Source: Clostridiales bacterium | Lineage (GTDB): Bacteria; Bacillota; Clostridia; Christensenellales; Borkfalkiaceae | Direction: 5' to 3' | Assembly (NCBI GenBank): GCA_015069465.1 | Contig: SVIO01000006.1 | Coordinates: 24,618-88,617, forward strand | Length of the DNA: 64,000 nucleotides | Shown: piece after piece, positions 26,435 through 36,788 of the stretch | Numbering within the stretch: the stretch's first letter is position 1 | How the letters are laid out: every line of letters begins with the position of its first letter | Notes under the pieces: generated by a model | Databases searched by the model: none | Seen by the model: only the letters and a program-made list of their open reading frames with translations | What the model was told of the DNA's origin: nothing | Program-made: the position numbers and the translations under genes

Positions 26435-26944
26435 TTAGTCAACTAATTCAAGAATTGCCATTTCAGCAGCATCGCCCTTACGAACACCAAGTTTATAAAT
26501 TCTTGTGTATCCACCACCTTGACCTTTTTCTTCTTTACGAGTTGCATACTTAGGTGCATATTCGTCAAAAATCTTTTCAATAAGTGGATATTTGATAGCC
26601 TTTGTTCTCTTTTTGAATTCAGGTTTGCTTTCTTTAAAGCCCTTAACTTCTTGCAAGTCGTTTACTAATGTCATAATCTTTCTTCTTGCATTGAGTTTCT
26701 TTGTGCCATCTTTAATAAGAGTCTTTGTTGTTTCTTTACCCTTAGCATCAGTAACTTTAACTTCTGTTTCAACGATGTCTTCATAAGTGTTAACAGCAAG
26801 TGTTATAATCTTTGAAGCATAAGCTGCAACTTCTTTTGCTCTTGCAAGTGTTGTTTCAATTTTACCATGCCATAATAAAGCAGATGCTTGATTCTTTATA
26901 AGTGCAAGTCTTTGTGTAGCATTAACGCCCAATTTTCTTTCCAT
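26435..26944 (-). CDS. rplQ: 50S ribosomal protein L17 (long form, 169 aa)
   Basis: RKLGVNATQRLALIKNQASALLWHGKIETTLARAKE and the C-terminal GGYTRIYKLGVRKGDAAEMAILELV are L17 signatures, separated by an insertion of ~50 aa. Confidence 0.93.
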   Translation of the reverse strand: MERKLGVNATQRLALIKNQASALLWHGKIETTLARAKEVAAYASKIITLAVNTYEDIVETEVKVTDAKGKETTKTLIKDGTKKLNARRKIMTLVNDLQEVKGFKESKPEFKKRTKAIKYPLIEKIFDEYAPKYATRKEEKGQGGGYTRIYKLGVRKGDAAEMAILELVD

Positions 26945-26947
26945 TGT

Positions 26948-27901
26948 TTAGTCCTCCTTGTCCTGTAATTTTAAGCCATAACTTTCGAGTTTGAAAATAA
27001 CTTCGTCAAGTGATTTCTTACCTAAATTACGGACTTTAAGCATATCTTCTTCGGTCTTTTTAGTTAAATCTTCTACCGTGTGAATATTTGCTCTCTTTAA
27101 GCAGTTATATGAACGAACTGATAAATCCATTTCTTCGATAGTCTTTTCTAAAATCTTGATTTTCTTATCTTCTTCTGGTGGAACCAAGATTCCAATATTT
27201 CCAATTTCTGATAAAGAAACAAACATTTTAATGTGTTCTTCCATAATCTTTGCAGCAAGGCTTACGATGTCTCTACCTGAGAAAGCACCGTTTGTTGTTA
27301 CTTCAAGTGTTAATTTATCAAAGTCAACACTTTGTCCAACACGAGTTGCTGATACATTATAGCTTACTTTCTTAACAGGTGTATAGATACTATCGATTGC
27401 AATGTTGTCAATAATATCAGTTTTGTGTTCGTCTGCGCCTTCATAGCCACGACCTCTGCCAACTGTTAATTCAAGTTCAATTCTTCCACCATCGTCTACA
27501 GTGCAAATGTATTGGTCTGGATTTAATACTTCTAAGTCTGCATCACAGATTATATCACCTGCTTTAACTACTGCTGGACCTTCTTTAACGAGTTTGATTG
27601 TCGTTACATAATCTTTGTCCATGCTTGTGGATTTAAATGCAACGCATTTAAGGTTAAGTATGATTTCTGTCACATCTTCTTTTACATTTGGTACAGCAGA
27701 AAATTCGTGTTTAATTCCCAATTCTTCTGCAAACTTAATGTTTTTGATTGCTACACCTGGTAGTGCTGACAATAAAATCCTTCTAAGTGCATTGCCGAGA
27801 GTTAGACCAAAACCCTTTTCTAAAGGTTCTACTACGATTTTTGCGTAGCTTCTATCTTCACTTTCTTCCACTGCTATTTTTGGCATTTCAATTTCCATCA
27901 T
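26948..27901 (-). CDS. rpoA: DNA-directed RNA polymerase subunit alpha
   Basis: [16 protein letters not shown] at the N-terminus and the C-terminal domain [20 protein letters not shown]. Confidence 0.97.
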   Translation of the reverse strand: MMEIEMPKIAVEESEDRSYAKIVVEPLEKGFGLTLGNALRRILLSALPGVAIKNIKFAEELGIKHEFSAVPNVKEDVTEIILNLKCVAFKSTSMDKDYVTTIKLVKEGPAVVKAGDIICDADLEVLNPDQYICTVDDGGRIELELTVGRGRGYEGADEHKTDIIDNIAIDSIYTPVKKVSYNVSATRVGQSVDFDKLTLEVTTNGAFSGRDIVSLAAKIMEEHIKMFVSLSEIGNIGILVPPEEDKKIKILEKTIEEMDLSVRSYNCLKRANIHTVEDLTKKTEEDMLKVRNLGKKSLDEVIFKLESYGLKLQDKED

Positions 27902-28027
27902 AAGAAAATTCCTCCTAAAAAATAGTTTCGATATAGATGATTGCAGGAATTCTTGTCAAAGCGTGGAAAACCTTAACTTTCCCCCTGCAAAAATCCATCG
28001 AAAATTTATTATTTTTTTATTTTTTAA

Positions 28028-28651
28028 TTATTTAGAATATAATTCGACAATCATGTGTTCAGCGATTTGAACATCAACATCTTCTCTTGTTGGAAGTGCT
28101 AAAATCTTACCTGTAAGAGTTTCTGGGTCGAATTCTAACCATTTTGGCATTGTGCCAACTTTCATTTGCTTAATTTCTGCAAAATACTTGTTGTCTTTCT
28201 TGCTTTCTTTAACTGCAATTACATCACCAACTTTAACGCTGAAAGATGCAACGTTTACGTTTTTACCATTTACTGTGAAGTGTGCGTGTGTAACGAGTTG
28301 ACGTGCTTGTGCTCTTGATGAACCGATACCCATTCTGTAGATAACGTTGTCAAGTCTTCTTTCTAAGAGTGAAAGCATGTTTTCACCGGTGATACCCTTC
28401 ATTCTATCAGCCTTTTCATAGTAAGTTCTGAATTGACCTTCTAGTACGCCATAAATTCTCTTACATTTTTGCTTTTCACGAAGTTGTAAACCGTATTCAG
28501 AAATTTTCTTTCTGCCCATGCCGTGTTGACCAGGTGCTACTGGTCTCTTTTCAAATGCACATGTACCCTTAAAGCATCTTTCGCCTTTCAAGAATAATTT
28601 TGCACCTTCACGTCTGCATAAACGACATTTAGATTCTGTATATTTAGCCAT
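28028..28651 (-). CDS. rpsD: 30S ribosomal protein S4
   Basis: [26 protein letters not shown]..., plus an S4 RNA-binding domain. Confidence 0.97.
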   Translation of the reverse strand: MAKYTESKCRLCRREGAKLFLKGERCFKGTCAFEKRPVAPGQHGMGRKKISEYGLQLREKQKCKRIYGVLEGQFRTYYEKADRMKGITGENMLSLLERRLDNVIYRMGIGSSRAQARQLVTHAHFTVNGKNVNVASFSVKVGDVIAVKESKKDNKYFAEIKQMKVGTMPKWLEFDPETLTGKILALPTREDVDVQIAEHMIVELYSK

Positions 28652-28665
28652 TTATCTTTCCTCCA

Positions 28666-29058
28666 TTATACTCTACGCTTTTTAGGTGGTCTGCATCCGT
28701 TGTGTGGGATTGGTGATACATCTTGAATAAGTGTAACTTCCATATCACAGTTTGCAAGTGCACGAATTGCAGATTCTCTGCCTGCACCTGGACCCTTTAC
28801 ATAAACTTCTACAGAACGCATTCCTTGGTCTCTTGCAACTTTTCCTGCTGCTTCTGCTGCCATTTGTGCTGCAAATGGTGTGCTCTTTCTTGAACCCTTA
28901 AATCCAAGACTGCCTGCACTTGACCAAGATACTGTGTTACCTTGCATATCGGTAATTGTTACTAATGTGTTATTGAATGACGCTTGAATGTGTACTTGTC
29001 CTTTGTCAACTTTTCTAGCGTCTTTACGCTTTTTAACTACTTTCTTTACTGCTGCCAT
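28666..29058 (-). CDS. rpsK: 30S ribosomal protein S11
   Basis: [18 protein letters not shown]...[14 protein letters not shown]. Confidence 0.97.
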   Translation of the reverse strand: MAAVKKVVKKRKDARKVDKGQVHIQASFNNTLVTITDMQGNTVSWSSAGSLGFKGSRKSTPFAAQMAAEAAGKVARDQGMRSVEVYVKGPGAGRESAIRALANCDMEVTLIQDVSPIPHNGCRPPKKRRV

Positions 29059-29073
29059 TTTACGTCACCTCCA

Positions 29074-29451
29074 TTATCTAGTTGCCGTTTTCTTTTTAGC
29101 AACGGTACGACGTGGACCCTTTCTTGTCCTCGCATTTCTCTTTGAGCTTTGTCCACGAACTGGAAGGCTCTTTCTGTGGCGAACACCACGATAGCAACCA
29201 ATTTCTATCAATCTCTTGATATTTAGGCTTACTTCGCTACGAAGGTCACCTTCTACACGAAGGTTGTGTTCGATATATTCTCTGAGTTTAGCTACATCGC
29301 TTTCGCTCAAATCTTTTACTCTTGTATCTGGGTTAATACCCGTTTCACTGATAATTTTCTTTGCCGTTGTGAGTCCGATTCCATAAATGTATGTTAAACC
29401 GATTTCAACTCTTTTGTTATTAGGCAAATCAACGCCGGCTATACGTGCCAT
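29074..29451 (-). CDS. rpsM: 30S ribosomal protein S13
   Basis: [26 protein letters not shown]. The first ATG is at 29451, behind an AAGGAG RBS. Confidence 0.96.
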   Translation of the reverse strand: MARIAGVDLPNNKRVEIGLTYIYGIGLTTAKKIISETGINPDTRVKDLSESDVAKLREYIEHNLRVEGDLRSEVSLNIKRLIEIGCYRGVRHRKSLPVRGQSSKRNARTRKGPRRTVAKKKTATR

Positions 29452-29586
29452 TAACAATTTCTCCTTATTTGTTATTTTTGTTTTATCTATGTCAATGCTA
29501 AAAAGACTTTCGCTTGGAATGATGCTACTCGTTTCTTTTTTCGCTTAGTTTTCGTTTAACCCGTTAGGGCTAATTATATCAGGTTA

Positions 29587-29703
29587 TTAACCTTGTCTTT
29601 GTTTATGGCTCTTGTTCTTTGAACAAATTACCATTACTTTTCCGTTTCTTTTGATTACTCTACATTTGTCGCACATAGGCTTTACAGATGGTCTTACTTT
29701 CAT
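29587..29703 (-). CDS. rpmJ: 50S ribosomal protein L36 (zinc-binding form)
   Basis: Manual translation gives [38 protein letters not shown] (38 aa). Absent from the ORF track because of its size. Confidence 0.95.
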   Translation of the reverse strand: MKVRPSVKPMCDKCRVIKRNGKVMVICSKNKSHKQRQG

Positions 29704-29735
29704 TTTGATATCTCCTTTGGAATTCGTTTATGTTT

Positions 29736-29957
29736 TTAGTTTTTGCTTCGCCAAATTATTCTACCCTTTGTCAAATCATAAGGGCTCATTTCTAGTTTTA
29801 CGCTGTCACCAGGTATTATCTTTATATAGTGCATACGCAATTTTCCTGATATATAAGCCGTTATAATGTGTCCGTTAGATAATTTAACCGTGAAAGTTGC
29901 ATTTGGTAACGCTTCTACTATCACGCCTTCGGTTTCTATAACATCGTCCTTTGACAC
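29736..29957 (-). CDS. infA: translation initiation factor IF-1
   Basis: [73 protein letters not shown] start at 29957 with an AGGAGGA RBS gives the canonical ~73 aa. The longer track ORF overlaps the upstream gene. Confidence 0.92.
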   Translation of the reverse strand: MSKDDVIETEGVIVEALPNATFTVKLSNGHIITAYISGKLRMHYIKIIPGDSVKLEMSPYDLTKGRIIWRSKN

Positions 29958-29961
29958 AAAC

Positions 29962-30246
29962 TTAATCCTCCTGTAATTTTTGTTTTTTGGCATTTATCAG
30001 TTTATAAACTTTTCTGTTTGAAACTAATTTGCCTTGCTTTATATTTTCCACAAACTCATTTAAGTCTGTAGTTAATATTTGTTTAACATGTTTTATGTTT
30101 TTGGTTTTAGGGCTGTTTTGTTTATGTGTTTTGCCATCTACTATCTTAACTCTCGTTTTTGACGACTCAATGACCAAAAAACATTTATCTTTATCTCGCC
30201 CTGTTAATGAAATAACCAAATCACCAACTTGAATAGGTCTATTCAT
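29962..30246 (-). CDS. KOW-domain RNA-binding protein (conserved map-infA spacer gene of Clostridia-like genomes)
   Basis: [20 protein letters not shown] is a KOW motif. The position between map and infA fits. Confidence 0.75.
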   Translation of the reverse strand: MNRPIQVGDLVISLTGRDKDKCFLVIESSKTRVKIVDGKTHKQNSPKTKNIKHVKQILTTDLNEFVENIKQGKLVSNRKVYKLINAKKQKLQED

Positions 30247-30254
30247 TGTATTAC

Positions 30255-31001
30255 CTAAAGTGTTAAAATCTCAACACCATTGTCTGTTATTGCAACAGTG
30301 TTTTCGTAATGCGCAGATGGAAGTCTATCACGAGTGACAACGCTCCAACCATCTCTTAGGAAATCTACTTGATACGACCCCATGTTTATCATAGGTTCTA
30401 TCGCAATAGTCATGCCTTTTTTAAGGCGAATACCCGTTCCTTTCTTGCCATAGTTTGGCACTGATGGGTCTTCGTGCATTTCTCTGCCGATACCGTGACC
30501 TACAAGTGCTCTAACCACTGAATATCCGTTGCTTTCTGCGTGCGTTTGAACATTATATCCAATGTTACCTAGTGGCGAACCATCGCTTAAGTGTTCAATC
30601 GCTTTGAAAAAGCATTCTTCAGTTACTTTGACAAGCCTTTTCTTTTCTTCGGATACGTTTCCTACCATAAATGTTCTTGCGGCATCACCATGCCAACCAT
30701 TGTAAATGACACCAACATCAATAGACACAAGTTGTCCATCTTTAATTATTGTTTCATCACTCGGTATGCCATGTACTACCATCTCGTCAATTGAAGCACA
30801 TATAGATGCTGGATATCCTCCATACCCTAAAAACGAAGGGGTTGCTCCACATGACTTGATATAATCAAAAGCAATTTTATCGAGTTCTTTTGTAGTCATG
30901 CCTACTCTAATTGATTTGCCAAGTAGTTCAAGCACATTTTTGGTGAGCCTTCCACTTTCTCGCATACAATTAAGTTCGGCATCAGTTTTAATAGTAATCA
31001 T
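30255..31001 (-). CDS. map: type I methionine aminopeptidase
   Basis: VVHGIPS, DVGVIYNGWHGDAARTF, GHGIGREMHE and the AIEPM metal-ligand motifs. Confidence 0.96.
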   Translation of the reverse strand: MITIKTDAELNCMRESGRLTKNVLELLGKSIRVGMTTKELDKIAFDYIKSCGATPSFLGYGGYPASICASIDEMVVHGIPSDETIIKDGQLVSIDVGVIYNGWHGDAARTFMVGNVSEEKKRLVKVTEECFFKAIEHLSDGSPLGNIGYNVQTHAESNGYSVVRALVGHGIGREMHEDPSVPNYGKKGTGIRLKKGMTIAIEPMINMGSYQVDFLRDGWSVVTRDRLPSAHYENTVAITDNGVEILTL

Positions 31002-31622
31002 TTAACCTAAAACCTTTACAATCTCGCTAAAAACATCATCTATTTCTTGATTACCATTTACAGAACAAAGTTTGTTTTGTGCAGTGTAATAATCAATGAG
31101 TGGAGATGTTTGATTTTGATAAACATTTATTCTTTCTCTAACTGTTTGTGCATTATCGTCTTTTCTTATGACAAGTTTAGCACCACAGTCTGGGCAAATT
31201 TCAGTATTTCCTATAAAATCTGTATGGAAAGAACCTTTACATTTAGAGCAACTTCTTCTGCCCACGATTCTGTGTTCTATTTTTTTAATATCGACATCAA
31301 TGTTAATAACTATGTCTGGTGCTAAAAATTCATCAAGTGCTTTGGCTTGAGTTAGATTTCTTGGAAAGCCATCTAACATATATCCACCTTTGCAGTCTTC
31401 TTTAGATAATCTATCTTTAACAATTTCAATTGTTAAGTCATCTGGACACAAATTACCAGAGTCCATAACTTCTTTTACTTTAACGCCAAGCGGTGTTTGA
31501 TTTTTTATGTTTTCTCTAAAGATTTCGCCTGTTGATATGTGTGGTAAATTATATTTTTCAGTAATTAAGCTTGCTTGCGTTCCTTTACCACTACCAGGTG
31601 CGCCAAGTAATATTATTTTCAT
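31002..31622 (-). CDS. adk: adenylate kinase (zinc-lid form)
   Basis: P-loop GAPGSGKGTQA and the lid CSKCKGSFH...CPDCG. Confidence 0.96.
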   Translation of the reverse strand: MKIILLGAPGSGKGTQASLITEKYNLPHISTGEIFRENIKNQTPLGVKVKEVMDSGNLCPDDLTIEIVKDRLSKEDCKGGYMLDGFPRNLTQAKALDEFLAPDIVINIDVDIKKIEHRIVGRRSCSKCKGSFHTDFIGNTEICPDCGAKLVIRKDDNAQTVRERINVYQNQTSPLIDYYTAQNKLCSVNGNQEIDDVFSEIVKVLG

Positions 31623-31630
31623 AACACTAA

Positions 31631-32920
31631 TTATTTCAAAAACCCTTTGTAATTTTTCATCATTATTTGTGATTGCAACGCTTGTTCAAATTCAAGAGCA
31701 ACTGAAACAATAATTAAAAGTCCTGTTGCAGTAAATACATTTGCTAAGCCCATGCCACCAATTGCCTTAAAGATAATTGTTGGAATCAATGCTAAGAGCG
31801 CTAAGAAGATTGCACCGAAAAGTGTAATTCTATTAGAAACTCTCTTTAGGTAGTCTGCTGTAGGCTTGCCAGGTCTTGTACCTGGAATAAAACCACCATT
31901 GCCTTGAATACTCTTACTTATATCGTCAGGGTTAAACTGAATTTGATTATAGAAATAAGAGAAGAACAATATCAATAAGCAAAGCAATACCACATAGAGC
32001 CAGCTTTGAGTTCCGACATTTCTTGACCACCAAGATGTTGGCCAACCAAGTAGGTTAACGATTAAATCTGGGAAACTCAAGATAGAAAATGCGAAAATCA
32101 ATGGCATAACGCCTGATGCATTTACTTTGATTGGAATATGTGTTGATTGACCACCATACATCTTTCTGCCCTTAACTTGCTTTGCATACTGAACAGGGAT
32201 TTTCCTTTCAGCACTATCAACAGTTACGATTGCACCGAAAATTAAGATTGCAACGAGTATAAAGCCAATAAGTTGCCACATTGATGTGAGCGCTGTTGCT
32301 TCAACAAATAAACCAGTTATCATTGTGTAAATTGATGTACCAGCTGATGATAAGATACCTGCAAAAATTAAGAGTGAAATACCGTTTGAAACACCATAAT
32401 CAGTGATTCTTTCGCCTATCCACATTGTTAATGCAGCACCTGCTGTATAAACAACTACTAAAAATGCATAACCTAAGAATTTTGAAAATTCATCAACACC
32501 AAATAATTGTTCAAATTTGATACCTTCTTCACCAAAGGTGACAAGAATACCAATCGCTTGTGCAATTGCGAGGAAAAGTGTTAAAAGTCTTGTATATGTG
32601 TTTAACCTTCTTCTACCTTCTTCGCCTTGTTTACTCAATCTTTCAAGTGCTGGAATACCAACAGATAAAAGTTGAATTATAATTGATGCGTTAATATAAG
32701 GTCCGATACCCATAGCAAAAAATGTACCATATTGAAGTGCACTTCCTGATACGGCGTTCATGATTTGTAAGAAAGAATAATTTTCTAATCCAGAAAATGC
32801 TTTAACACCAGGTACTGGAATATAACAACCTAATCTATAAACGAATATCAATGCGATTGTTATTAAAATCTTGTTTCTTACTTCTTTTATCTTAAACGCA
32901 TTTATTATTGTTTGAAACAT
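31631..32920 (-). CDS. secY: preprotein translocase subunit SecY
   Basis: 10-TM protein with FAMGIGPYINASIIIQLL, at the conserved spc-operon position. Confidence 0.97.
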   Translation of the reverse strand: MFQTIINAFKIKEVRNKILITIALIFVYRLGCYIPVPGVKAFSGLENYSFLQIMNAVSGSALQYGTFFAMGIGPYINASIIIQLLSVGIPALERLSKQGEEGRRRLNTYTRLLTLFLAIAQAIGILVTFGEEGIKFEQLFGVDEFSKFLGYAFLVVVYTAGAALTMWIGERITDYGVSNGISLLIFAGILSSAGTSIYTMITGLFVEATALTSMWQLIGFILVAILIFGAIVTVDSAERKIPVQYAKQVKGRKMYGGQSTHIPIKVNASGVMPLIFAFSILSFPDLIVNLLGWPTSWWSRNVGTQSWLYVVLLCLLILFFSYFYNQIQFNPDDISKSIQGNGGFIPGTRPGKPTADYLKRVSNRITLFGAIFLALLALIPTIIFKAIGGMGLANVFTATGLLIIVSVALEFEQALQSQIMMKNYKGFLK

Positions 32921-32946
32921 TTTGCCCTCCTTAATAATAGTGGGTA

Positions 32947-33393
32947 TTAGATTTGTTCAACTGTTCCACCAGCTTTTTCAATTGCATCTTTTGCTGATGC
33001 TGAAAAACTTGCTGCTTTAACTGTAAGAGCCTTTGTTAATGTACCATTGCCTAAAACTTTTAAGCCGATACTGCCCTTGATAACTTTGATAAGTCCTTTT
33101 TCGTTAAGAACTTCCATATCCACTACTGAGTTTGCTTCAAATCCTTCTAATACTGAAAGATTTACAATACTATATACTTTGCTGAAATGGTTGTTGAAGC
33201 CACGCTTTGGTACTCTTCTGATTAAAGGCATTTGACCACCTTCAAATCCTGGACGTACGCCACCACCACTTCTTGCCCATTGTCCTTTATGTCCTTTACC
33301 ACTTGTCTTGCCGAGACCTGAACCAATACCTCTACCGAGTCTCTTTGTTTCTCTTGTTGAACCAATGGCTGGACTTAATTCACCTAATCTCAT
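32947..33393 (-). CDS. rplO: 50S ribosomal protein L15
   Basis: [24 protein letters not shown]. Confidence 0.96.
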   Translation of the reverse strand: MRLGELSPAIGSTRETKRLGRGIGSGLGKTSGKGHKGQWARSGGGVRPGFEGGQMPLIRRVPKRGFNNHFSKVYSIVNLSVLEGFEANSVVDMEVLNEKGLIKVIKGSIGLKVLGNGTLTKALTVKAASFSASAKDAIEKAGGTVEQI

Positions 33394-33428
33394 TTTATTA
33401 CTCCTTATTTAGTAAACTTAAATTATGC

Positions 33429-33632
33429 TTAAATCTTTTCTACTTTCAAAAGATAACCAACTTTCTTAATCATACCAAGTATGCATGGGTTTTCTTCGTG
33501 AATACGGAAAGAATTAATCTTTTTAAGTCCTAATGCCTCTACAACTTTTTTGTGTTGAGGTAAACACGCAATTGTGCTTTTAACAAGTGTCACTTTTATT
33601 TGTGCATATTCTGCTTTCTTTGCTTTTGCCAT
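33429..33632 (-). CDS. rpmD: 50S ribosomal protein L30
   Basis: ATG 33632 (MAKAKKAEYAQIKVTLVKSTI...) follows an AAGGAGG RBS. The longer track ORF overlaps rpsE. Confidence 0.93.
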   Translation of the reverse strand: MAKAKKAEYAQIKVTLVKSTIACLPQHKKVVEALGLKKINSFRIHEENPCILGMIKKVGYLLKVEKI

Positions 33633-33645
33633 AAAAGTACCCTCC

Positions 33646-34167
33646 TTAACCGTTAACTTCTTCAACGGACTTACCGCGAATTGCTGCAATTTCTTCTGCT
33701 GTTCTCAATGACTTAAGACCAGCAAGTGCTGCCTTAACGCAATTGATTTTGTTGTTTGTGCCGTGTGACTTTGTTCTAATGTTTGTAATACCTACTGCTT
33801 CCATAACTGCACGAACAGGACCACCAGCGATAACACCAGTACCTTCTTCAGCTGGCATCATAAGAACTAAACCACTGCCAAATCTTCCAAGTACTTCGTG
33901 TGGAATACTTGTGTTTTTAAGTGCAACTTTGAACATGTTTTTCTTTGCTCTTGCTGTTGCCTTATCTATTGCTTCTGGAACTTCCTTTGCTTTACCCATT
34001 GCGCAACCAACTTTGCCTGCGCCGTCTCCAACGACAACGAGTGCAGCAAATCTCATATTTCTACCACCTTTAACAGTTTTTGTGACACGATTAACGCAAA
34101 TTAACTTTTTAACTAATCCGTCATTTTCTTCTGCTTTTCTTGGTGCTCTACTATTTTCTCTTGCCAT
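33646..34167 (-). CDS. rpsE: 30S ribosomal protein S5
   Basis: [25 protein letters not shown]. Confidence 0.97.
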   Translation of the reverse strand: MARENSRAPRKAEENDGLVKKLICVNRVTKTVKGGRNMRFAALVVVGDGAGKVGCAMGKAKEVPEAIDKATARAKKNMFKVALKNTSIPHEVLGRFGSGLVLMMPAEEGTGVIAGGPVRAVMEAVGITNIRTKSHGTNNKINCVKAALAGLKSLRTAEEIAAIRGKSVEEVNG

Positions 34168-34187
34168 TTTGTTTTCTCCTTGTTTTA

Positions 34188-34556
34188 TTAGAATTCTAAG
34201 CCACCGTTTCTTGCGCCATCTGCTAAGCTAGCTACACGACCGGTATAAAGATAACCACCTCTGTCAAAAACAACTGCGCTTATCTTCTTTGACTTTGCCT
34301 TCTTTGCAAGAAGTTCACCAACAGCATATGCTTGAGCCTTCTTGTCTTTGCCTTCAAAAGTTCCTTTGATTTCCTTGTCAAGTGTTGAAGCTGTGACTAA
34401 GGTTTTTCCGTTTACATCATCGATAAGTTGAGCATAGATGTTTGTTAAACTTCTATATACTGAAAGTCTTGGTGCTTCTGCTGTGCCCTTAACTTTTGCT
34501 CTAACTCTCTTATGTCTTTTTAATCTGTCTTTGTTTTTATTGATTTTTGTAATCAT
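34188..34556 (-). CDS. rplR: 50S ribosomal protein L18
   Basis: ATG 34556 ([22 protein letters not shown]...) follows an AGGAG RBS. C-terminus [24 protein letters not shown]. Confidence 0.94.
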   Translation of the reverse strand: MITKINKNKDRLKRHKRVRAKVKGTAEAPRLSVYRSLTNIYAQLIDDVNGKTLVTASTLDKEIKGTFEGKDKKAQAYAVGELLAKKAKSKKISAVVFDRGGYLYTGRVASLADGARNGGLEF

Positions 34557-34651
34557 AGTTTTACTCCTGTTTAATAACTTTTCGCGTTTATTAAAACGCA
34601 CTCAGCAGACGCACTAAACTTCAAGTGCGTCCACTAAAAGCCCTTTAAATC

Positions 34652-35197
34652 TTAGCCTTTTGCACCAGCAGCTTTACCAACCTTTCTTTCGATTACTTCA
34701 TCGCTGTAACGAATTCCGTATCCGTGATATGGTTCTGGTTCTCTATAACCTCTGATAATTGCTGCGAATTGACCAACTTTTTCTTTGTCGATACCACTTA
34801 CTGTAATTTCAGTTTGTGATGGACAATCAAGTGTGATGCCGTCAATTTCTTCAACTTCAACTGGGTGGCTGAAGCCGATGTTCATTACGATTTTCTTGCC
34901 TTGTTTAGCAACCTTCCAACCTACACCATTTACGATAAGGCTCTTTTTGAAACCTTCTGTAACACCTTTTACCATGTTAGCGCAAAGTGCTCTATATAAA
35001 CCGTGTTTTGCTTTTGTTGGGCCTAAATCGTTTGCTCTTGTGAAAACGATTTCGTTGTTTTCAACGTTTGGTGTAATGATTGGGTCGTAAGCTTGCGACA
35101 ATGTGCCTTTTGGACCCTTAACTGTTAAAATGTTGTCTTGTGCAACTACTGTTACACCAGCAGGGATAGTAATATGCGCATTTCCTATTCTTGACAT
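34652..35197 (-). CDS. rplF: 50S ribosomal protein L6
   Basis: MSRIGNAHITIPAGVTV...VKGPKGTL. Confidence 0.97.
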   Translation of the reverse strand: MSRIGNAHITIPAGVTVVAQDNILTVKGPKGTLSQAYDPIITPNVENNEIVFTRANDLGPTKAKHGLYRALCANMVKGVTEGFKKSLIVNGVGWKVAKQGKKIVMNIGFSHPVEVEEIDGITLDCPSQTEITVSGIDKEKVGQFAAIIRGYREPEPYHGYGIRYSDEVIERKVGKAAGAKG

Positions 35198-35210
35198 AAC
35201 TTAATACCTC

Positions 35211-35597
35211 CTACCAAACATAAGCGAGAACTTCCCCGCCTTGGCGAGCAAGTTTTGCTTGCTTACCTGTCATTATACCTTTGCTTGTTGAAAGAATTGC
35301 AATACCTAAGCCACCGAGTACTTGTGGGATTTCATCAGCGCCAACATATACTCTAAGACCTGGCTTACTAACTCTCTTAAGACCTGTAATAACTTTCTTA
35401 TTACCTTCATATTTAAGGGTAATTTTAATTGTGCCCTGTACACCTTCAATAATTTCTACATTAGAGATATAACCTTCTTTGAGAAGTATATCTGCAATTG
35501 CTTTCTTTGTATTGGATGCAGGAATTTCAACTGTTTCATGCTTTGCATTAAGAGCATTTCTAACTCTTGTAAGCATATCTGCAATAACGTCTGTCAT
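35211..35597 (-). CDS. rpsH: 30S ribosomal protein S8
   Basis: [15 protein letters not shown]... Confidence 0.97.
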   Translation of the reverse strand: MTDVIADMLTRVRNALNAKHETVEIPASNTKKAIADILLKEGYISNVEIIEGVQGTIKITLKYEGNKKVITGLKRVSKPGLRVYVGADEIPQVLGGLGIAILSTSKGIMTGKQAKLARQGGEVLAYVW

Positions 35598-35612
35598 TTC
35601 TTTTATCCTCCT

Positions 35613-35798
35613 TTACCAACTTGCCTTCTTAACACCAGGAATTTGACCTTTGTAAGCCAAGTTCCTAAAACAAATACGGCAAATACCATATTTCCTTAGT
35701 ACAGCGTGTGGACGACCACAAATGCTACATCTTGTGTAGGCTCTGGTGGAAAATTTAGCAGGCTTTTGCTGCTTGTTAATCATTGCTTTTTTAGCCAT
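35613..35798 (-). CDS. rpsN: 30S ribosomal protein S14, type Z (zinc form, 61 aa)
   Basis: [22 protein letters not shown]. Confidence 0.96.
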   Translation of the reverse strand: MAKKAMINKQQKPAKFSTRAYTRCSICGRPHAVLRKYGICRICFRNLAYKGQIPGVKKASW

Positions 35799-35816
35799 TT
35801 TTTAACTCCTTTTACC

Positions 35817-36368
35817 TTACTTGTTTGCGAAAGGCATACCGAGCATTGAAAGCAATTCTCTTGCTTCTTCATCGGTGTTAGCCGTCGTAGTAATACAAAT
35901 ATCGAATCCCCTTACCTTTTCAATTTGGTCATATGAAATTTCAGGGAAAATCAATTGTTCTTTTACGCCCATTGAGTAGTTTCCTCTACCGTCAAAAGAC
36001 TTTGTTGAAACGCCACGGAAGTCTCTTACTCTTGGAAGTGCGATTGAAATGAATTTATCAAAGAATTCATACATTCTTGTTCCACGAAGTGTTACTTTCA
36101 TACCTACGCTTTGTCCTTCTCTAACTTTGAAGTTTGCAACTGATTTCTTTGCAACTGTCAAAATTGGCTTTTGTCCAGCGATTTGTTCTAACTCTTTTTG
36201 CGCAATTTGAATGCTCTTGGAGTTATCTTTTATGTCACCTAAACCTGAGTTGATTGTTATCTTTACAAGTTTTGGAACTTGGTTAATGTTGCCATAACTA
36301 AACTTTTTAACCATTGCAGGGATAACTGTTTGGTCATATAATGCTTTAATTCTGTTTGCTTCTGCCAT
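35817..36368 (-). CDS. rplE: 50S ribosomal protein L5
   Basis: Conserved L5 sequence ([36 protein letters not shown]). Confidence 0.97.
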   Translation of the reverse strand: MAEANRIKALYDQTVIPAMVKKFSYGNINQVPKLVKITINSGLGDIKDNSKSIQIAQKELEQIAGQKPILTVAKKSVANFKVREGQSVGMKVTLRGTRMYEFFDKFISIALPRVRDFRGVSTKSFDGRGNYSMGVKEQLIFPEISYDQIEKVRGFDICITTTANTDEEARELLSMLGMPFANK

Positions 36369-36387
36369 TATTGTTTACCTCCCTACA

Positions 36388-36777
36388 TTATTGTGCATCT
36401 GCAGTTTCTGCTGCAGCTTTCTTTGTTTTTCTTTTTGTTGCCTTTTTAACTTCTTTTGCTTCCTTACTAAAGTCAACTACAGCGCCACATTTTTTACAAA
36501 TACGTGCTTTCTTGTCGCCTTCAATAGCATAAGAAATTCTTGTTGCCTTGTTGCAAACTGGACAAACTACCATTACGTTTGATACATCAATTGGACCTGC
36601 TTGGTTTTGAATTGCACTAACTTCTTGTGCACTTCTTGCCTTCTTGTGTTTCTTTTGAACATTGATGCCATCAACGATTACTTTATTTGACTTAGGAAGT
36701 GCTGTTAAAACTTTTGCAGTTTTGCCAGCATCTTTACCTGTTATAACTAAAACTGTATCGTTCTTTTTAACTTTCAT
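36388..36777 (-). CDS. rplX: 50S ribosomal protein L24 (129 aa, with Cys4 motif and basic tail)
   Basis: N-terminal KOW motif (MKVKKNDTVLVITGKDAGKTAKV), then CPVC...CKKC and a Lys/Ala-rich C-terminus. Confidence 0.94.
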   Translation of the reverse strand: MKVKKNDTVLVITGKDAGKTAKVLTALPKSNKVIVDGINVQKKHKKARSAQEVSAIQNQAGPIDVSNVMVVCPVCNKATRISYAIEGDKKARICKKCGAVVDFSKEAKEVKKATKRKTKKAAAETADAQ

Positions 36778-36788
36778 TTTTGTTCTCC

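Noticed and set aside
33743-34231. 162-aa plus-strand ORF antisense to rpsE/rplR
   Set aside because: It lies entirely within highly conserved minus-strand ribosomal protein genes. Its composition (Pro/Ser/Leu/Phe-rich) is typical of the antisense frame of coding DNA. It has no RBS.
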